From IMG/VR virus record IMGVR_UViG_3300032308_002010, positions 129,816 through 193,815 of that record: 64,000 bases of DNA. One strand, given 5' to 3'. Position numbers and translations under genes: made by a program. Under the pieces are notes generated by a model that searched no databases, was not told the origin of the DNA, and saw only the letters and a list, made by a program, of their open reading frames with translations. The stretch's first letter is position 1. Each line of letters opens with the position of its first letter. Origin of the DNA: a virus. This document shows, piece after piece, positions 30,800-40,764 of the stretch.

Positions 30800-31168
30800 T
30801 TAGCTGTCTTCTTCGTCTTCTTCGTCATATTTGTCCGCATTGTGTTCTTCGTCATACTCGTCAACGGCTTCCATAAATTCATTGAAGCTTATGCCCGGCG
30901 AGTTAACGCATTCCATAAATTGATAAATAAACCGGCTCTCTCCCGTCTCTTTGTCGATGCGCTCCGTTAGCCGGTAGTGCATCATGTCGCCGGTTTCGTG
31001 GTCGTAGCCGCTGATGATCGTGTCCGCTTCTGGAACCGGTACCGGCAACTTTGAACCGTCTACGGGGCCGCCAAAACACTCAGCCAGTTGAAACAGGCCA
31101 TTTTGCATGCCCATAAGTTCATGCTCAATAACGCCGTCGTCTTCGTTTTCTTCTTCTGATTCGTCCAT
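30800..31168 (-). CDS. Highly acidic hypothetical protein
   Basis: D/E-rich termini; stop/start coupling with recA. Confidence 0.65.
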   Translation of the reverse strand: MDESEEENEDDGVIEHELMGMQNGLFQLAECFGGPVDGSKLPVPVPEADTIISGYDHETGDMMHYRLTERIDKETGESRFIYQFMECVNSPGISFNEFMEAVDEYDEEHNADKYDEEDEEDS

Positions 31169-32538
31169 TAGTCCACCTGTCCAAGAGGATCTAAATCCGC
31201 TCCGACAACTTCGCCGACCGTGCTTGACGCTGCCATAAGCTCAGGCACGTCGGTCATCTGATTATTCTTTAACTCTTCCATCACCTGCTCGCGATACTTA
31301 CGCGCCGGGTCGCAGATGGTGTAGTCGTTCACACCGAGTAAGCCGTGCAGCATGCCGAGGACTTTAGGGTTGTCTTCAAGCATGATGGACGCCTCAACTT
31401 CTGATACAGCGTCTTGTTTGGAAATACCAAGCGCCTTAGAAAATACCAGCGGTGTTTCAGCGTTCTTGGTGCCGTGCTTGTATTCCAGATCGCAGACCTG
31501 CTTGAGCAGGCCCGGCAGTTTGGGGTCCATACCCGGAACCGGCTTACCGTCGCCCGACTGTAGCTCCATGAGCAACCGGATAGACGCAGTGTGCCAATCC
31601 CAGAAATGGAACTGCTGGTTTTTGAACGTTTCGTTACCGTTCTTGTCAACGGCCGGGACGATCTCGTTGTACCAGAGCAGGTTAACAACAATCTTTCGCC
31701 CGGGAGCGCCGAGATTGTTCTTGGTAGCTGTAATACGAATCGACGAGCCCTCGTAACGCGGCGGGATGTTCTTCTGCGACGCCTTCGACATGTCGAGAAT
31801 CAACGTCGGATAGTAATCCAAACTAGCGCCGCCCGGAGCGTACTTCTTGGGCGGACCGAACCCCATAGAGTTAATTTCTTCCTTGAGGTGGTTTGTCGCA
31901 ATAAGTGCGATCGGGTAATGCCGCAACGTGGGCACCAGCGCCGTCCGCATGAAGTCAGACAGGTTGCGAGCGAGATACGGGTGGCCGGCAGCAGCGTGAC
32001 CTTCGTCTGCAACCTTTTCGACGCGACGATCGACCTCAACAGCCGAGATGGAGTCGATGCCGATACAGATAGGAATAACCCGGTCTGGGGCGTTAGCCGC
32101 GTCAACCTGCTTGTGGATCGCCTGACAGAACTCCATGTAATGCTTTTGCCATTCTTCCACGCTCGCCGCCGTCTTGATACGGGTCCGCGAGATGTACTGC
32201 TGGTTGTGGCTAAACAACCCCGACATCATCGTCGGCGATCCCTTGTTCTCAGTGTCGATCATGATGGCGCCACCGCCATACATGTGAAACCAGCGCATGA
32301 TCTCGATGAGCAGAGCGGACTTACCAGCGCTAAACTCGCCGCGTAGTTGCGTGAAGCGCGATAGCGGGAAAATGTTAGCCTGCAGCAGATAGCGCGCTGC
32401 AAGCGTAGGGAGCGGCAAGCCGATCAGCGGATCTTGATCTTCCGCGGTCGCCTTGAGCACTTCCGTAATAACCGGATGCTCGCCATTGCGGGCGAACACA
32501 TCAACTTCGTCGTGATCTTCTTTACGTTTCCTACCCAT
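31168..32538 (-). CDS. recA: RecA/UvsX-like recombinase
   Basis: GEFSAGKS Walker A, IDTE, IGIDSI Walker B, TNHLKE, PGGASLDYY; start moved to MGRKRK. Confidence 0.9.
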   Translation of the reverse strand: MGRKRKEDHDEVDVFARNGEHPVITEVLKATAEDQDPLIGLPLPTLAARYLLQANIFPLSRFTQLRGEFSAGKSALLIEIMRWFHMYGGGAIMIDTENKGSPTMMSGLFSHNQQYISRTRIKTAASVEEWQKHYMEFCQAIHKQVDAANAPDRVIPICIGIDSISAVEVDRRVEKVADEGHAAAGHPYLARNLSDFMRTALVPTLRHYPIALIATNHLKEEINSMGFGPPKKYAPGGASLDYYPTLILDMSKASQKNIPPRYEGSSIRITATKNNLGAPGRKIVVNLLWYNEIVPAVDKNGNETFKNQQFHFWDWHTASIRLLMELQSGDGKPVPGMDPKLPGLLKQVCDLEYKHGTKNAETPLVFSKALGISKQDAVSEVEASIMLEDNPKVLGMLHGLLGVNDYTICDPARKYREQVMEELKNNQMTDVPELMAASSTVGEVVGADLDPLGQVD

Positions 32539-32555
32539 AAATTCCCTTCTGATAT

Positions 32556-32613
32556 GAAAAAGCCTCAGCTCCGGCACGCACGCACCCAGAGAACAACGTG
32601 GTGCCGGAGCTGA
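32556..32613 (-). terminator. Terminator-like hairpin between the ssb-like gene and recA
   Basis: 13-bp stem TCAGCTCCGGCAC/GTGCCGGAGCTGA with a 23-nt loop, followed by GGCTTTTT. Confidence 0.55.
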
Positions 32614-32623
32614 CGCGAGAAGA

Positions 32624-33994
32624 TTACTTCTGCGATGCGCGAGCACGAGCCCGCGCCAGAATGTCCGCAGAGTCCCGCTTCGCGGGGCCAGCCTGCGCCA
32701 TGGACGGCGGAGCTGGCGGGGCGGGCGGGGCAGAGGCAAAGATATCAGCAACGCTGGCATCTACCTCCGGCGAAACTTCAGCCTCCGGCTGCGGGTCCCA
32801 CGGAGCCACAGGATCGGGCTGCGGGGACGGGCGGCGGGCAGGGGCTGTCGCGCGAGGGGCTGGCGCCGGCGGGGCTTCCAAGTCCTCTACCGACGTCTCT
32901 ACGCCCTGAAACGTTGACGTCCCCTTCGGCAGCGCCCGGAGGTACTGCGGGAAGTCACGCCAAGCGAAATCAAGCGCTTCACGCGGGAACACAGGAGCCA
33001 GCATCTCGGCTTGCTCTTCGTATGACGGCAGTCGCAGAAAGTCTTCCCACGTGCCGGCTTCCGCGATGACACGGTCGGCGTACGGCTCAAGAGAAATCTC
33101 CTGACCATTAAATGTGTCATGGAGAATGCCGAAGTGCGTGTAGTCACTACGCGAGTGCGGGTAACCAACAATGTACTTTGCGTTAGCCGAGCCACGAGCA
33201 AACTTCGGGCACTGAAACGTCGTCGGGCCTTCCAAACCTGTCGCAATCAAATTAGCGCCGCCGCTTTTGAACGCTTCAGGCAGAATTGTAAACAACTTCG
33301 CAGCCCCAAGAGACAACATGTCGCCGCTCAGGTACTCGCCGGTGCTTTCGTCGCGGACGTTGAGCGCCGCATGCAAAGCTTCGGCTGCGCTGGTCTTCAA
33401 GCCGATGATGCGCGCATTGCGCTTGTTATCATCAGAAAAAGCGCCTAGCTGAATCTTACCGTGTTCATCAACATAAACGGCGGTCGCCGAAATAAACAGA
33501 GTCTTTTCGGGTTTCTTAAGCGACCCGATATGCGAACTACGCACAAACTCTTTCGACAGTAGCTCCGCAAACAAGCGACCCAGCGTCGGATGCGGATTAT
33601 CTTTAGAGCTGTCGTAAGCCACCTTGCGCAGAACGTGCAGCGGGCTTTCGTACAGGTTCAGCTCGGGGTTACCGTCGTGAACGATGAAACAGATACCCGG
33701 GTTACCAACCCAATGCGCACAGGTTAGCAGCCGGCTCCAGTCACCCATGGCGACGTTGTCGTGCCCCTCTCGGAAGCTGGCAAACGTTTCACCATTTTTT
33801 CCCTCCTCGTAGATGGGAAGCAGCCGAAGGCACATGCCGTTTCCGAGGAGTTCACCGCCGGCCGCAATCAGAACGTTATTCTGCTTGCCGTAGGCGTAAC
33901 GACTCTTGCTGTTAGAGCCGCCCGTACCGATGTTGTTGGCCTTACGGTACTCAGGATCAATTGCCGCAAAATTAGCCGCGTTATAGCGTGGCAT
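32624..33994 (-). CDS. Putative gp32-like single-stranded DNA-binding protein
   Basis: LRLLP motif (cf. gp32 IRFLP); long P/A/acidic C-terminal tail; lies between polA and recA. Confidence 0.5.
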   Translation of the reverse strand: MPRYNAANFAAIDPEYRKANNIGTGGSNSKSRYAYGKQNNVLIAAGGELLGNGMCLRLLPIYEEGKNGETFASFREGHDNVAMGDWSRLLTCAHWVGNPGICFIVHDGNPELNLYESPLHVLRKVAYDSSKDNPHPTLGRLFAELLSKEFVRSSHIGSLKKPEKTLFISATAVYVDEHGKIQLGAFSDDNKRNARIIGLKTSAAEALHAALNVRDESTGEYLSGDMLSLGAAKLFTILPEAFKSGGANLIATGLEGPTTFQCPKFARGSANAKYIVGYPHSRSDYTHFGILHDTFNGQEISLEPYADRVIAEAGTWEDFLRLPSYEEQAEMLAPVFPREALDFAWRDFPQYLRALPKGTSTFQGVETSVEDLEAPPAPAPRATAPARRPSPQPDPVAPWDPQPEAEVSPEVDASVADIFASAPPAPPAPPSMAQAGPAKRDSADILARARARASQK

Positions 33995-34046
33995 ACAAAC
34001 CTTTCTATGTAATTGAGGGCCCTATTGCCCTTTGTGGATGTCTGCC

Positions 34047-34074
34047 ACTATAGCAGACAAAACCAGTCTGTCTA
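34047..34074 (-). promoter_or_regulatory. Putative sigma70-type promoter overlapping a 7-bp inverted repeat
   Basis: TAGACA-16 bp-TATAGT with extended -10 TG; the TGTCTGC/GCAGACA inverted repeat flanks the -10. Confidence 0.4.
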
Positions 34075-34077
34075 GAC

Positions 34078-37000
34078 CTACTCGTCACAAAACCAATCGA
34101 CGCCTAAACCCCTAGATTTTGAGGGTTTTAGGTTCTCTCCCCAGTGGAAAAACACGTCCCGACTCATACCAAAGTGGTACGGTTTCGCCACGTCGATTTT
34201 GGCGCCGTCTAGCCTGTGCGGCCAGAAAGGCACGCCGTCAATCATGCACGCTGGAATGACTTCTTTGTACAGGCGCTCAGCGTGCTCCAACGGCACAATT
34301 AACACAATCGCGTCGTGAATTTGCAGCGCGATTTTGTAATCAATATCTGAGTGCTCTTCACGATACTTGTAGAAGTTGTAAAGCGCAATCGACACCGCGT
34401 CAGCTACTCCGCCTTGAATCGGAAAGTTCTGCGCCTGTCGCTCCTGCTCGCCGCGCACGGCCCTATCTTTCGTTGGCATGAACCGACGAAAGCGCCCATA
34501 CGGACCGACCAGCCAGCCCGGGTCTTGTGACCGCATACGGCATTCAGCAAGAAAAGTTTTGGTGCCGGGATAAGACTGGAAGTACGCGTCGATCATCGCT
34601 TGGCACTGATCAGCCGTAACGTCGTGACCTTCTTCTTTGCACTGACGCGCAAGAGCTTCTGCGCCGCGGCCGTACGGAATACCGAAATTCACGTTTTTGG
34701 CTGCGACACGAAGACCCTTTACGCCGGCATCAGCCATACCCTGCTTGGTTGGCACAACACCGCTCAAACGAAAAGTTTTTACTGCTTGCTGGCTGTGTAT
34801 GTCGTAGTGGTCCGGGTGATCCTCTGGAAGAAGATTACGCCGAACATGCTCGATCATATTTTTATCTTGACTCAGCCACGCGAGGACCGCCAGTTCCGCA
34901 CCAGTGAGGTCCGTTTCGATGCCGACGCAGCCCTTGGGTACACGTAAGATTGATCGGACAGGGTGCTGATACTTGTCTTTGCCGAGGATGCGCTTGTAGT
35001 CGTCTTCCCGCCGCGAACTAAGGTTTTGCAGGGGAGGTCGGCTACTGCTTGCCCGGCCAGTTTCCTTGGTTTGGAACATGTGCGTGCGCACCTTACCGTC
35101 CGCGTGCACGCATCCAACCAAACCCTTTTCATATGTGTAATTACCGTTCTCATCGAGTTCGTATTCTCCGTCTTCTGTTTCCGCGGGCTTGCGCAACACC
35201 GACTGCAAAACCTGACTAATGAATTTATAATCACGGATTTTAGCCGCCGTTGAGTTAATGTGCCCAAGGATACCAAGACTTTCTTTATCTGTACTAGGCG
35301 TAGCTGTCTCTTGGTTAACGCCACGGTATGACAACTCGTTCCACAGGACAGGGCGCTTGCCTGTTGTTTTTACAGGCCGTAGATCCAGCGTCTGCGCTTC
35401 GTCAGGAATCGGCGGAGAATTCGTATACCTGTCTGCGTAGTCACGGCCGAAGAGCGCAATTGCCAACTGCGGCTGCGACTTTGGGTTAAACGCCGGCCAC
35501 AGCAACTCCTCGCGGATTTCTGCCAGCAGCTGCTCTTGCGTGTTCATAAACAGCGTCGTCAGCTCGTCCGCACGGTTGCGGTCGATTTCAAGGCCGGTCA
35601 TTTCCATTTCTAGAAACGCCAGCGAAGCGTTATGCGCAGTCCAGTACGGCAACCAACAGTCATGCCCTGTGCTGGACCGGGCGATAATGCCGTCTTTGCC
35701 GTTGGTGCCATAAAATCTCATCAAGATGCGCCGAGTTACATCAACGTCATAGGACGCATACGGATGGAGAATGTGCGCCGGGCATTCACCGTAACCGCCG
35801 ACTTCGCTGGCTTTCAATTTGTTATCAGAACGGTACTTTTTCTTCCAGTGATCAAGCGGCTCCCAGTAAGTTGGGGCGGCAGTAAATCGCATGGAACACT
35901 CGTCGAGGCCGTATCGGGCGCACTCGTTGACGGCGTGGTACATGAGACTTGTATCCCAGCCGCCGCGGGTGCGGTCGTCGGGGTCTTCGGCGGGAGCGTA
36001 CTCCGGGCGTACATCCACGCCAAAATCAAAAAGCCATGGCAAGTCAGCACGGAAGAAGTGCCCACCCACGCGGACATGCCGCTCGGGCGTGCTTTTGAGC
36101 AACCGCGTAAGTTGCCGGCGCGCGGCGTCCAGATTGGGCTGAAACGCTTCTGCGCCGCCCTGATGCCGCAGAACAATAGTGCGCGCCCACTTGTCTTTAT
36201 TTGATATCTGAACAGTGCGCAAATACGCGCCGTCTTCTGTCGGATAGTCTCCGTGCCACTCACAGTCGATGGCGATGATGTTAGCGTTTGGATCTGGGTC
36301 GTTAACCATGTCGTCAACAATTTCAGCCAACGCGGCTTCTGTATACACGTCAGCATGGTCAACAGCTTCCTCGTCTAAAATTTCATCGTGAATCAGGGCT
36401 TTAAATCGACGGATCTGTCCAACAAAATCTTCAGTTACTTCGGGCTTGCGAACAACAAACGCCGGGTGCATAACCGACAACGCTTTTATCGTCCGCGGAT
36501 TGCCCTCCGAGTCCAAAGACGAAACGTCGAGGATCCGCCCGGCTAAACCTGTGACAGCGCCAGTTGTGCGCATCACAGCTTTTGTCGCCTCATTCCCGAG
36601 ACACAAAATGAACTCAGGCTGAACGATGCGAATTTCTTGCTCCAGCAAAATTGCGCAGTTCTTGATCCACGCCGCAGGAACAGCCGTAATTTCCATCGGC
36701 GGCGCAAACTTACACGCAAACGTGACGTACCAGTCTTCGTACGCTTCCGGGCTAATACCGCACTCTTCAAAGATATCAGCCAGCATGTTCATCGCCGGAC
36801 CGGCGGTTGCGTTCAAGCTTTCCATTTCGTAGTAGCCGGGGAGCTTCCCGACGACCATAACTTTGGTTTTGTGCCACGGCCCGTATGTTTCCACTGCCTC
36901 CAGCCGTTTTCCCCAGCGATGGCCGGGAAGAAACGGGACAGTGATAGGTTCTTTAGACGACTTATGCGAAATCGGCAGATGAAAGTCTGGCCGATACAAC

Positions 37001-37239
37001 GCGTTGCGATAAAGATTAGTTAGGTGCGTACCGACGGGCACGGCATTCTTTTTCTTAGCCGTCGCTTCATCAATCTCGTCGCCGAGTGCTACAGCGTGCG
37101 CAATAAAATCTGGGCCGGCTGGCGGCATACCCGGTTCCGTAAGCGGAATGAGCGGGTATGCCGCAGCCGTAAAACCTTCTGTGTTCGAGTCATACAGCGT
37201 CTGCGTCAGACGATGCGTGAGCGAAATACCCTGCGTCAT
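34078..37239 (-). CDS. polA: Family A DNA polymerase with N-terminal UDG-like domain and 3'-5' exonuclease
   Basis: UDG-like VVGKLPG..E, QPEFILCLG, HPAF; exonuclease IAIDCE, YASYDV; motifs A (TDLTGAE), B (RVAAKNVNFGIPYG), C (QIHDA). Confidence 0.95.
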   Translation of the reverse strand: MTQGISLTHRLTQTLYDSNTEGFTAAAYPLIPLTEPGMPPAGPDFIAHAVALGDEIDEATAKKKNAVPVGTHLTNLYRNALYRPDFHLPISHKSSKEPITVPFLPGHRWGKRLEAVETYGPWHKTKVMVVGKLPGYYEMESLNATAGPAMNMLADIFEECGISPEAYEDWYVTFACKFAPPMEITAVPAAWIKNCAILLEQEIRIVQPEFILCLGNEATKAVMRTTGAVTGLAGRILDVSSLDSEGNPRTIKALSVMHPAFVVRKPEVTEDFVGQIRRFKALIHDEILDEEAVDHADVYTEAALAEIVDDMVNDPDPNANIIAIDCEWHGDYPTEDGAYLRTVQISNKDKWARTIVLRHQGGAEAFQPNLDAARRQLTRLLKSTPERHVRVGGHFFRADLPWLFDFGVDVRPEYAPAEDPDDRTRGGWDTSLMYHAVNECARYGLDECSMRFTAAPTYWEPLDHWKKKYRSDNKLKASEVGGYGECPAHILHPYASYDVDVTRRILMRFYGTNGKDGIIARSSTGHDCWLPYWTAHNASLAFLEMEMTGLEIDRNRADELTTLFMNTQEQLLAEIREELLWPAFNPKSQPQLAIALFGRDYADRYTNSPPIPDEAQTLDLRPVKTTGKRPVLWNELSYRGVNQETATPSTDKESLGILGHINSTAAKIRDYKFISQVLQSVLRKPAETEDGEYELDENGNYTYEKGLVGCVHADGKVRTHMFQTKETGRASSSRPPLQNLSSRREDDYKRILGKDKYQHPVRSILRVPKGCVGIETDLTGAELAVLAWLSQDKNMIEHVRRNLLPEDHPDHYDIHSQQAVKTFRLSGVVPTKQGMADAGVKGLRVAAKNVNFGIPYGRGAEALARQCKEEGHDVTADQCQAMIDAYFQSYPGTKTFLAECRMRSQDPGWLVGPYGRFRRFMPTKDRAVRGEQERQAQNFPIQGGVADAVSIALYNFYKYREEHSDIDYKIALQIHDAIVLIVPLEHAERLYKEVIPACMIDGVPFWPHRLDGAKIDVAKPYHFGMSRDVFFHWGENLKPSKSRGLGVDWFCDE

Positions 37240-37245
37240 AACACC

Positions 37246-38331
37246 TCACAACAAAAACGAAAGATCAGCCGCGACGTCAACCGCGTCAGCGGCAGATGAC
37301 AACATCTCAAACAATTCGGGCCGAGCGTAGTCGGCCGGGTCGCGGTCGTCCGGGAGAATGACCGGAACCACATTAACGTTTCTCTGGCAAAGAGCCGTAA
37401 CAACATGCTCAAGCTCAGTTTGCGCGTCGTGATCAAGAATTACAAACACAGGCTTGTTTGCCCACGTTGTTGCGATCGTGTTGCACTGCCACGCAGATAA
37501 CGTCTTACCAAAAATGCAGACACCTGCAACCCCTAAGCGCCACACGCTGGGCACGCCCTCGACAACAACGGCAACGGGCTGCTCAGCCGCGTTGTCGTAG
37601 TTGTAGAGCACCTGACTCTTGCGCATGCCGTTGTAGTACTTGACAGTGTTTTTGCCCTCTCCGACTACGCGGCCCTGCCAGCCAACAAGTTGCCCGTGAA
37701 AATGTACAGGAATGTAAATACGCCCGTGCATAATCCGGTGCTTGTCCAGCCGCGGATTTACACACACGCCAATCTTAAACATCTCGGCCAGTTCACGAAT
37801 ATCTGTGAACCCGCGCGACGCTAAGTACTCAACAGCCGGATGATAATCAGGCAACGAGTCAATAGGCAGAATCTCTCCGGGCGGTTCAATCGTTTCGTGC
37901 GCAGTGTCTAACGGCACTGAACGAATCGGTGTCCGCATCATGAATCGTCGGCCGGCGCCAAATACCATGTCCTCAAACTGCTCTAACCGGCCGGCTTTAT
38001 CGAGACAGTTTTCGTTATAACACACGACCAAATGCGTGTTTGCCCGACGACCGTTGCGAATGTCTGCTCCGTACCGATGATTTACCCACAGACGATTTCG
38101 CTGGTCGCGACAAAATGGACAACACACGCAGTAATACTCACCCCAACTACCACGATAAGTAGACTTACCGCGGCGGAGTGGATCATCAAATTGTTCGACC
38201 TGCGCGGGCACACCTTCGTTTGCGATATTTACGTCGCCGAACTTGTGCGCGAGCAGGCCATACAGTACGGGATTCAGGGGATTTGAACTTGGCGCTTTTG
38301 AAACCGCCATTTTCATACTGACTCCTCTCAC
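37246..38331 (-). CDS. DNA primase (Zn finger + TOPRIM)
   Basis: CPFC...C zinc-binding domain, VVVEG, ILDHDA, DPAD. Confidence 0.9.
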   Translation of the reverse strand: MRGVSMKMAVSKAPSSNPLNPVLYGLLAHKFGDVNIANEGVPAQVEQFDDPLRRGKSTYRGSWGEYYCVCCPFCRDQRNRLWVNHRYGADIRNGRRANTHLVVCYNENCLDKAGRLEQFEDMVFGAGRRFMMRTPIRSVPLDTAHETIEPPGEILPIDSLPDYHPAVEYLASRGFTDIRELAEMFKIGVCVNPRLDKHRIMHGRIYIPVHFHGQLVGWQGRVVGEGKNTVKYYNGMRKSQVLYNYDNAAEQPVAVVVEGVPSVWRLGVAGVCIFGKTLSAWQCNTIATTWANKPVFVILDHDAQTELEHVVTALCQRNVNVVPVILPDDRDPADYARPELFEMLSSAADAVDVAADLSFLL

Positions 38332-39989
38332 GACATCATGTCTTCTGCAAATGTGTCTACAGGCATAATACGACGCGCCGTAGAGCGTGGGCGGGTAAGC
38401 GCTGCCGCTTCTTCTGGCGTAACGGGCGCAATGTCGCCGCGCTGAATGATTCGCTTAGCCGCTTCAGACGCAGTGTACTCGTCATTCACAAGCCGAATCT
38501 CTGCAACCCTATCGTCAATCTTGATTAAACCCTTGAGATTATCCGCGCGAAGATACCGCAACTTAGACCAATAAATCGTCGATACGTGGCACGCCTCGTC
38601 ACGTGCGTTAACGCAAAGGCACGCATGAAGGTTCTCCGCGAATGACTTTGAACCAGACGCGTCAGCATGCGAGACGTATCGATACGCTGGAATATTCTTG
38701 ACCTCACCTTGTGCCAGCTGATGTGCCAGCATGATAACCGCACCTGTAGGCACAGCAATCCGCGCGCGCAACTGGTCAACAGCGTTTTTAATCGGCCGCG
38801 CCAGCGACTCTGCGTACTTCGTCTTGGCATTTGCGTTCATTTCACGCTCCACCATGACGCCGCAATAGTCAACGGCAACAAAACCAATTTCCATTCCACG
38901 TTCACGCGCCAGTTGCTCAAGCGCGATAACAATCTCCGCCACACCCCCCGCGCCGCGGTTGCCTGTCTTTTCGTTTTGCGAAAAGTCCAGATACATAAAG
39001 TTATTGTTGAACCACGAACTGGCGGCGACCCAGCGTTCACGCTCGCCAAACATTACTTCGCCGTTTCTGTTTACAGGCAACTCGCGATCGTAGTCTTTGA
39101 GATTTTCGGCTGTAGACAGTTCCGCCCAGAAGTCGCGGCCGACTGCAAATAACGAGCGATCGATCTGCGCTGCGGCAGACCAGAATGTCGGATTCATCTT
39201 TTCGGCAGGATCTTCGTAGCCGATAAACACGGACAGCTTATTGGGCGAGTTGGCAGCGAACTGCTGCGCCATGCGAACAGCAGTAACTGCCAAAAGTGTT
39301 GTCTTACCGCCGCCATATGGCCCTAAGACGCCAATAATGTCACCAGCCCGAAAGCCCTGCAGATACTCGTCGATAAACGGTAGCGTAGTAGGAACAGCAA
39401 CCGGCGGTAGCGCTATGGGCTGCCCAATTTCGGGCATCATGGCCGCGTTCTCGAAGCTCTTGCCCAGCGCGTCGACCGACTGGGCTTTTCTTGTCCACTG
39501 CGCTAACTGCGATTCTAAATTGTCTGGCGCGCCACCAAACGTATTTAATACAGCCTGCGCCTCGCCTTTAATCATCCGCTCTCGAATAAACCGACGAACA
39601 ATATCTTCGATATACGACTTTTCGGCGCGGGCTTCGACTTCCGCAAGCGGAGTGACATTAAAAGACTCGTTGACAAAACTGACCAGCGCTTCAATAGCGT
39701 TGTTGTTTAAAGCAATAGCCGCCGTCCCCGCGGCAGCGCTATCGCGCCACGCAAGCAGCCGTGTAGTGATCATGTCGGCTGTAAGCGCGCCAAACTGCTC
39801 GTTCAACTCTTTCATCGCCGCAAACAAGTAGTAAAACGGCAGCTCGTCAATCGATTGTCCGAAATGGCTATTTGCCAGACCGACACGCAACGAATCACGC
39901 AGCAGCGCTGGATACCGTAAAAGACCCGAAATCATTGTGCCGATTTCAGGCGCCGTTACCGCGTCAACTGTTTTTGACTTTTCATCCAT
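38328..39989 (-). CDS. dnaB: DnaB-like replicative helicase
   Basis: GPYGGGKTT, VAVDY, LAHQL; start moved to MDEKS. Confidence 0.85.
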   Translation of the reverse strand: MDEKSKTVDAVTAPEIGTMISGLLRYPALLRDSLRVGLANSHFGQSIDELPFYYLFAAMKELNEQFGALTADMITTRLLAWRDSAAAGTAAIALNNNAIEALVSFVNESFNVTPLAEVEARAEKSYIEDIVRRFIRERMIKGEAQAVLNTFGGAPDNLESQLAQWTRKAQSVDALGKSFENAAMMPEIGQPIALPPVAVPTTLPFIDEYLQGFRAGDIIGVLGPYGGGKTTLLAVTAVRMAQQFAANSPNKLSVFIGYEDPAEKMNPTFWSAAAQIDRSLFAVGRDFWAELSTAENLKDYDRELPVNRNGEVMFGERERWVAASSWFNNNFMYLDFSQNEKTGNRGAGGVAEIVIALEQLARERGMEIGFVAVDYCGVMVEREMNANAKTKYAESLARPIKNAVDQLRARIAVPTGAVIMLAHQLAQGEVKNIPAYRYVSHADASGSKSFAENLHACLCVNARDEACHVSTIYWSKLRYLRADNLKGLIKIDDRVAEIRLVNDEYTASEAAKRIIQRGDIAPVTPEEAAALTRPRSTARRIMPVDTFAEDMMS

Positions 39990-39993
39990 GAAT

Positions 39994-40764
39994 TCACCCG
40001 GCATCGTAATTTCTCCAATGCTGCCGTATCTCGACAACGCCTTGTTTAATCTCGTTCTTTACCCACCATTGATATTCCGGGTGCGCCGCCATGACAGCGT
40101 CATATGAACGTTGCTGGGCTTCGTAATCCAGCGCGGCTTTCCACAGATAACGTTCCACCGCTTTATCGCAGTTACGGCGAGCCGCGAACGCATTTCGAAA
40201 AAAAGGTGTTGCTGTGACGTAACTCTCGTCGCAGAGTACATATAGTTCCTGCGCGGTCTCAGGCATTTTGTATATCGCAGTTGTCGACATACGTAGATGC
40301 AGTGTCTCTGCCGCCACGTGAAAACGATCTTTAATTATCCGCGGCATATGCGCCATGTAATCGCGGTAAATCTCGGCTGATTTGGCGCTGTATAAAACAG
40401 ACGGGCGCATTTCCGTTAAACGTTGATGCCCCGTCGCAATGCGTTCTGTGGCAAGCGCCGAGAAATGCGCATACACCCAGCCACCAAGATCGGCGCCGGC
40501 GTGCTCTGCGGCGCGTAGAATTTTGCCCCAGACCGGCGTGTGTTTTACGCCAAAGTTATCTTTACCGCCATCCCACGCAGGTCTACGTTTCAGATGGGGC
40601 GGCGCTTCCCAGTCAGCAACGCGCTCGTTTAGATAGATATATTGGTACCGAATATACGCAAGCTTTTGCGCTGCTGTGAGCGTTTGGTACCAATCGACCG
40701 ACAAAATAGCTGAATCAATCTCCGCTGTCGGGTTCGCGGTTTCTCCAAGAACGCTGTGCGTCAT
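39994..40764 (-). CDS. Hypothetical protein (possible helicase loader)
   Basis: Helical ORF directly upstream of DnaB; start moved to MTHSV. Confidence 0.6.
   Translation of the reverse strand: MTHSVLGETANPTAEIDSAILSVDWYQTLTAAQKLAYIRYQYIYLNERVADWEAPPHLKRRPAWDGGKDNFGVKHTPVWGKILRAAEHAGADLGGWVYAHFSALATERIATGHQRLTEMRPSVLYSAKSAEIYRDYMAHMPRIIKDRFHVAAETLHLRMSTTAIYKMPETAQELYVLCDESYVTATPFFRNAFAARRNCDKAVERYLWKAALDYEAQQRSYDAVMAAHPEYQWWVKNEIKQGVVEIRQHWRNYDAG

Noticed and set aside
31591-32346. 251-aa plus-strand ORF, and similar plus-strand ORFs across the fibre and polA genes
   Set aside because: They are antisense to well-supported minus-strand genes.
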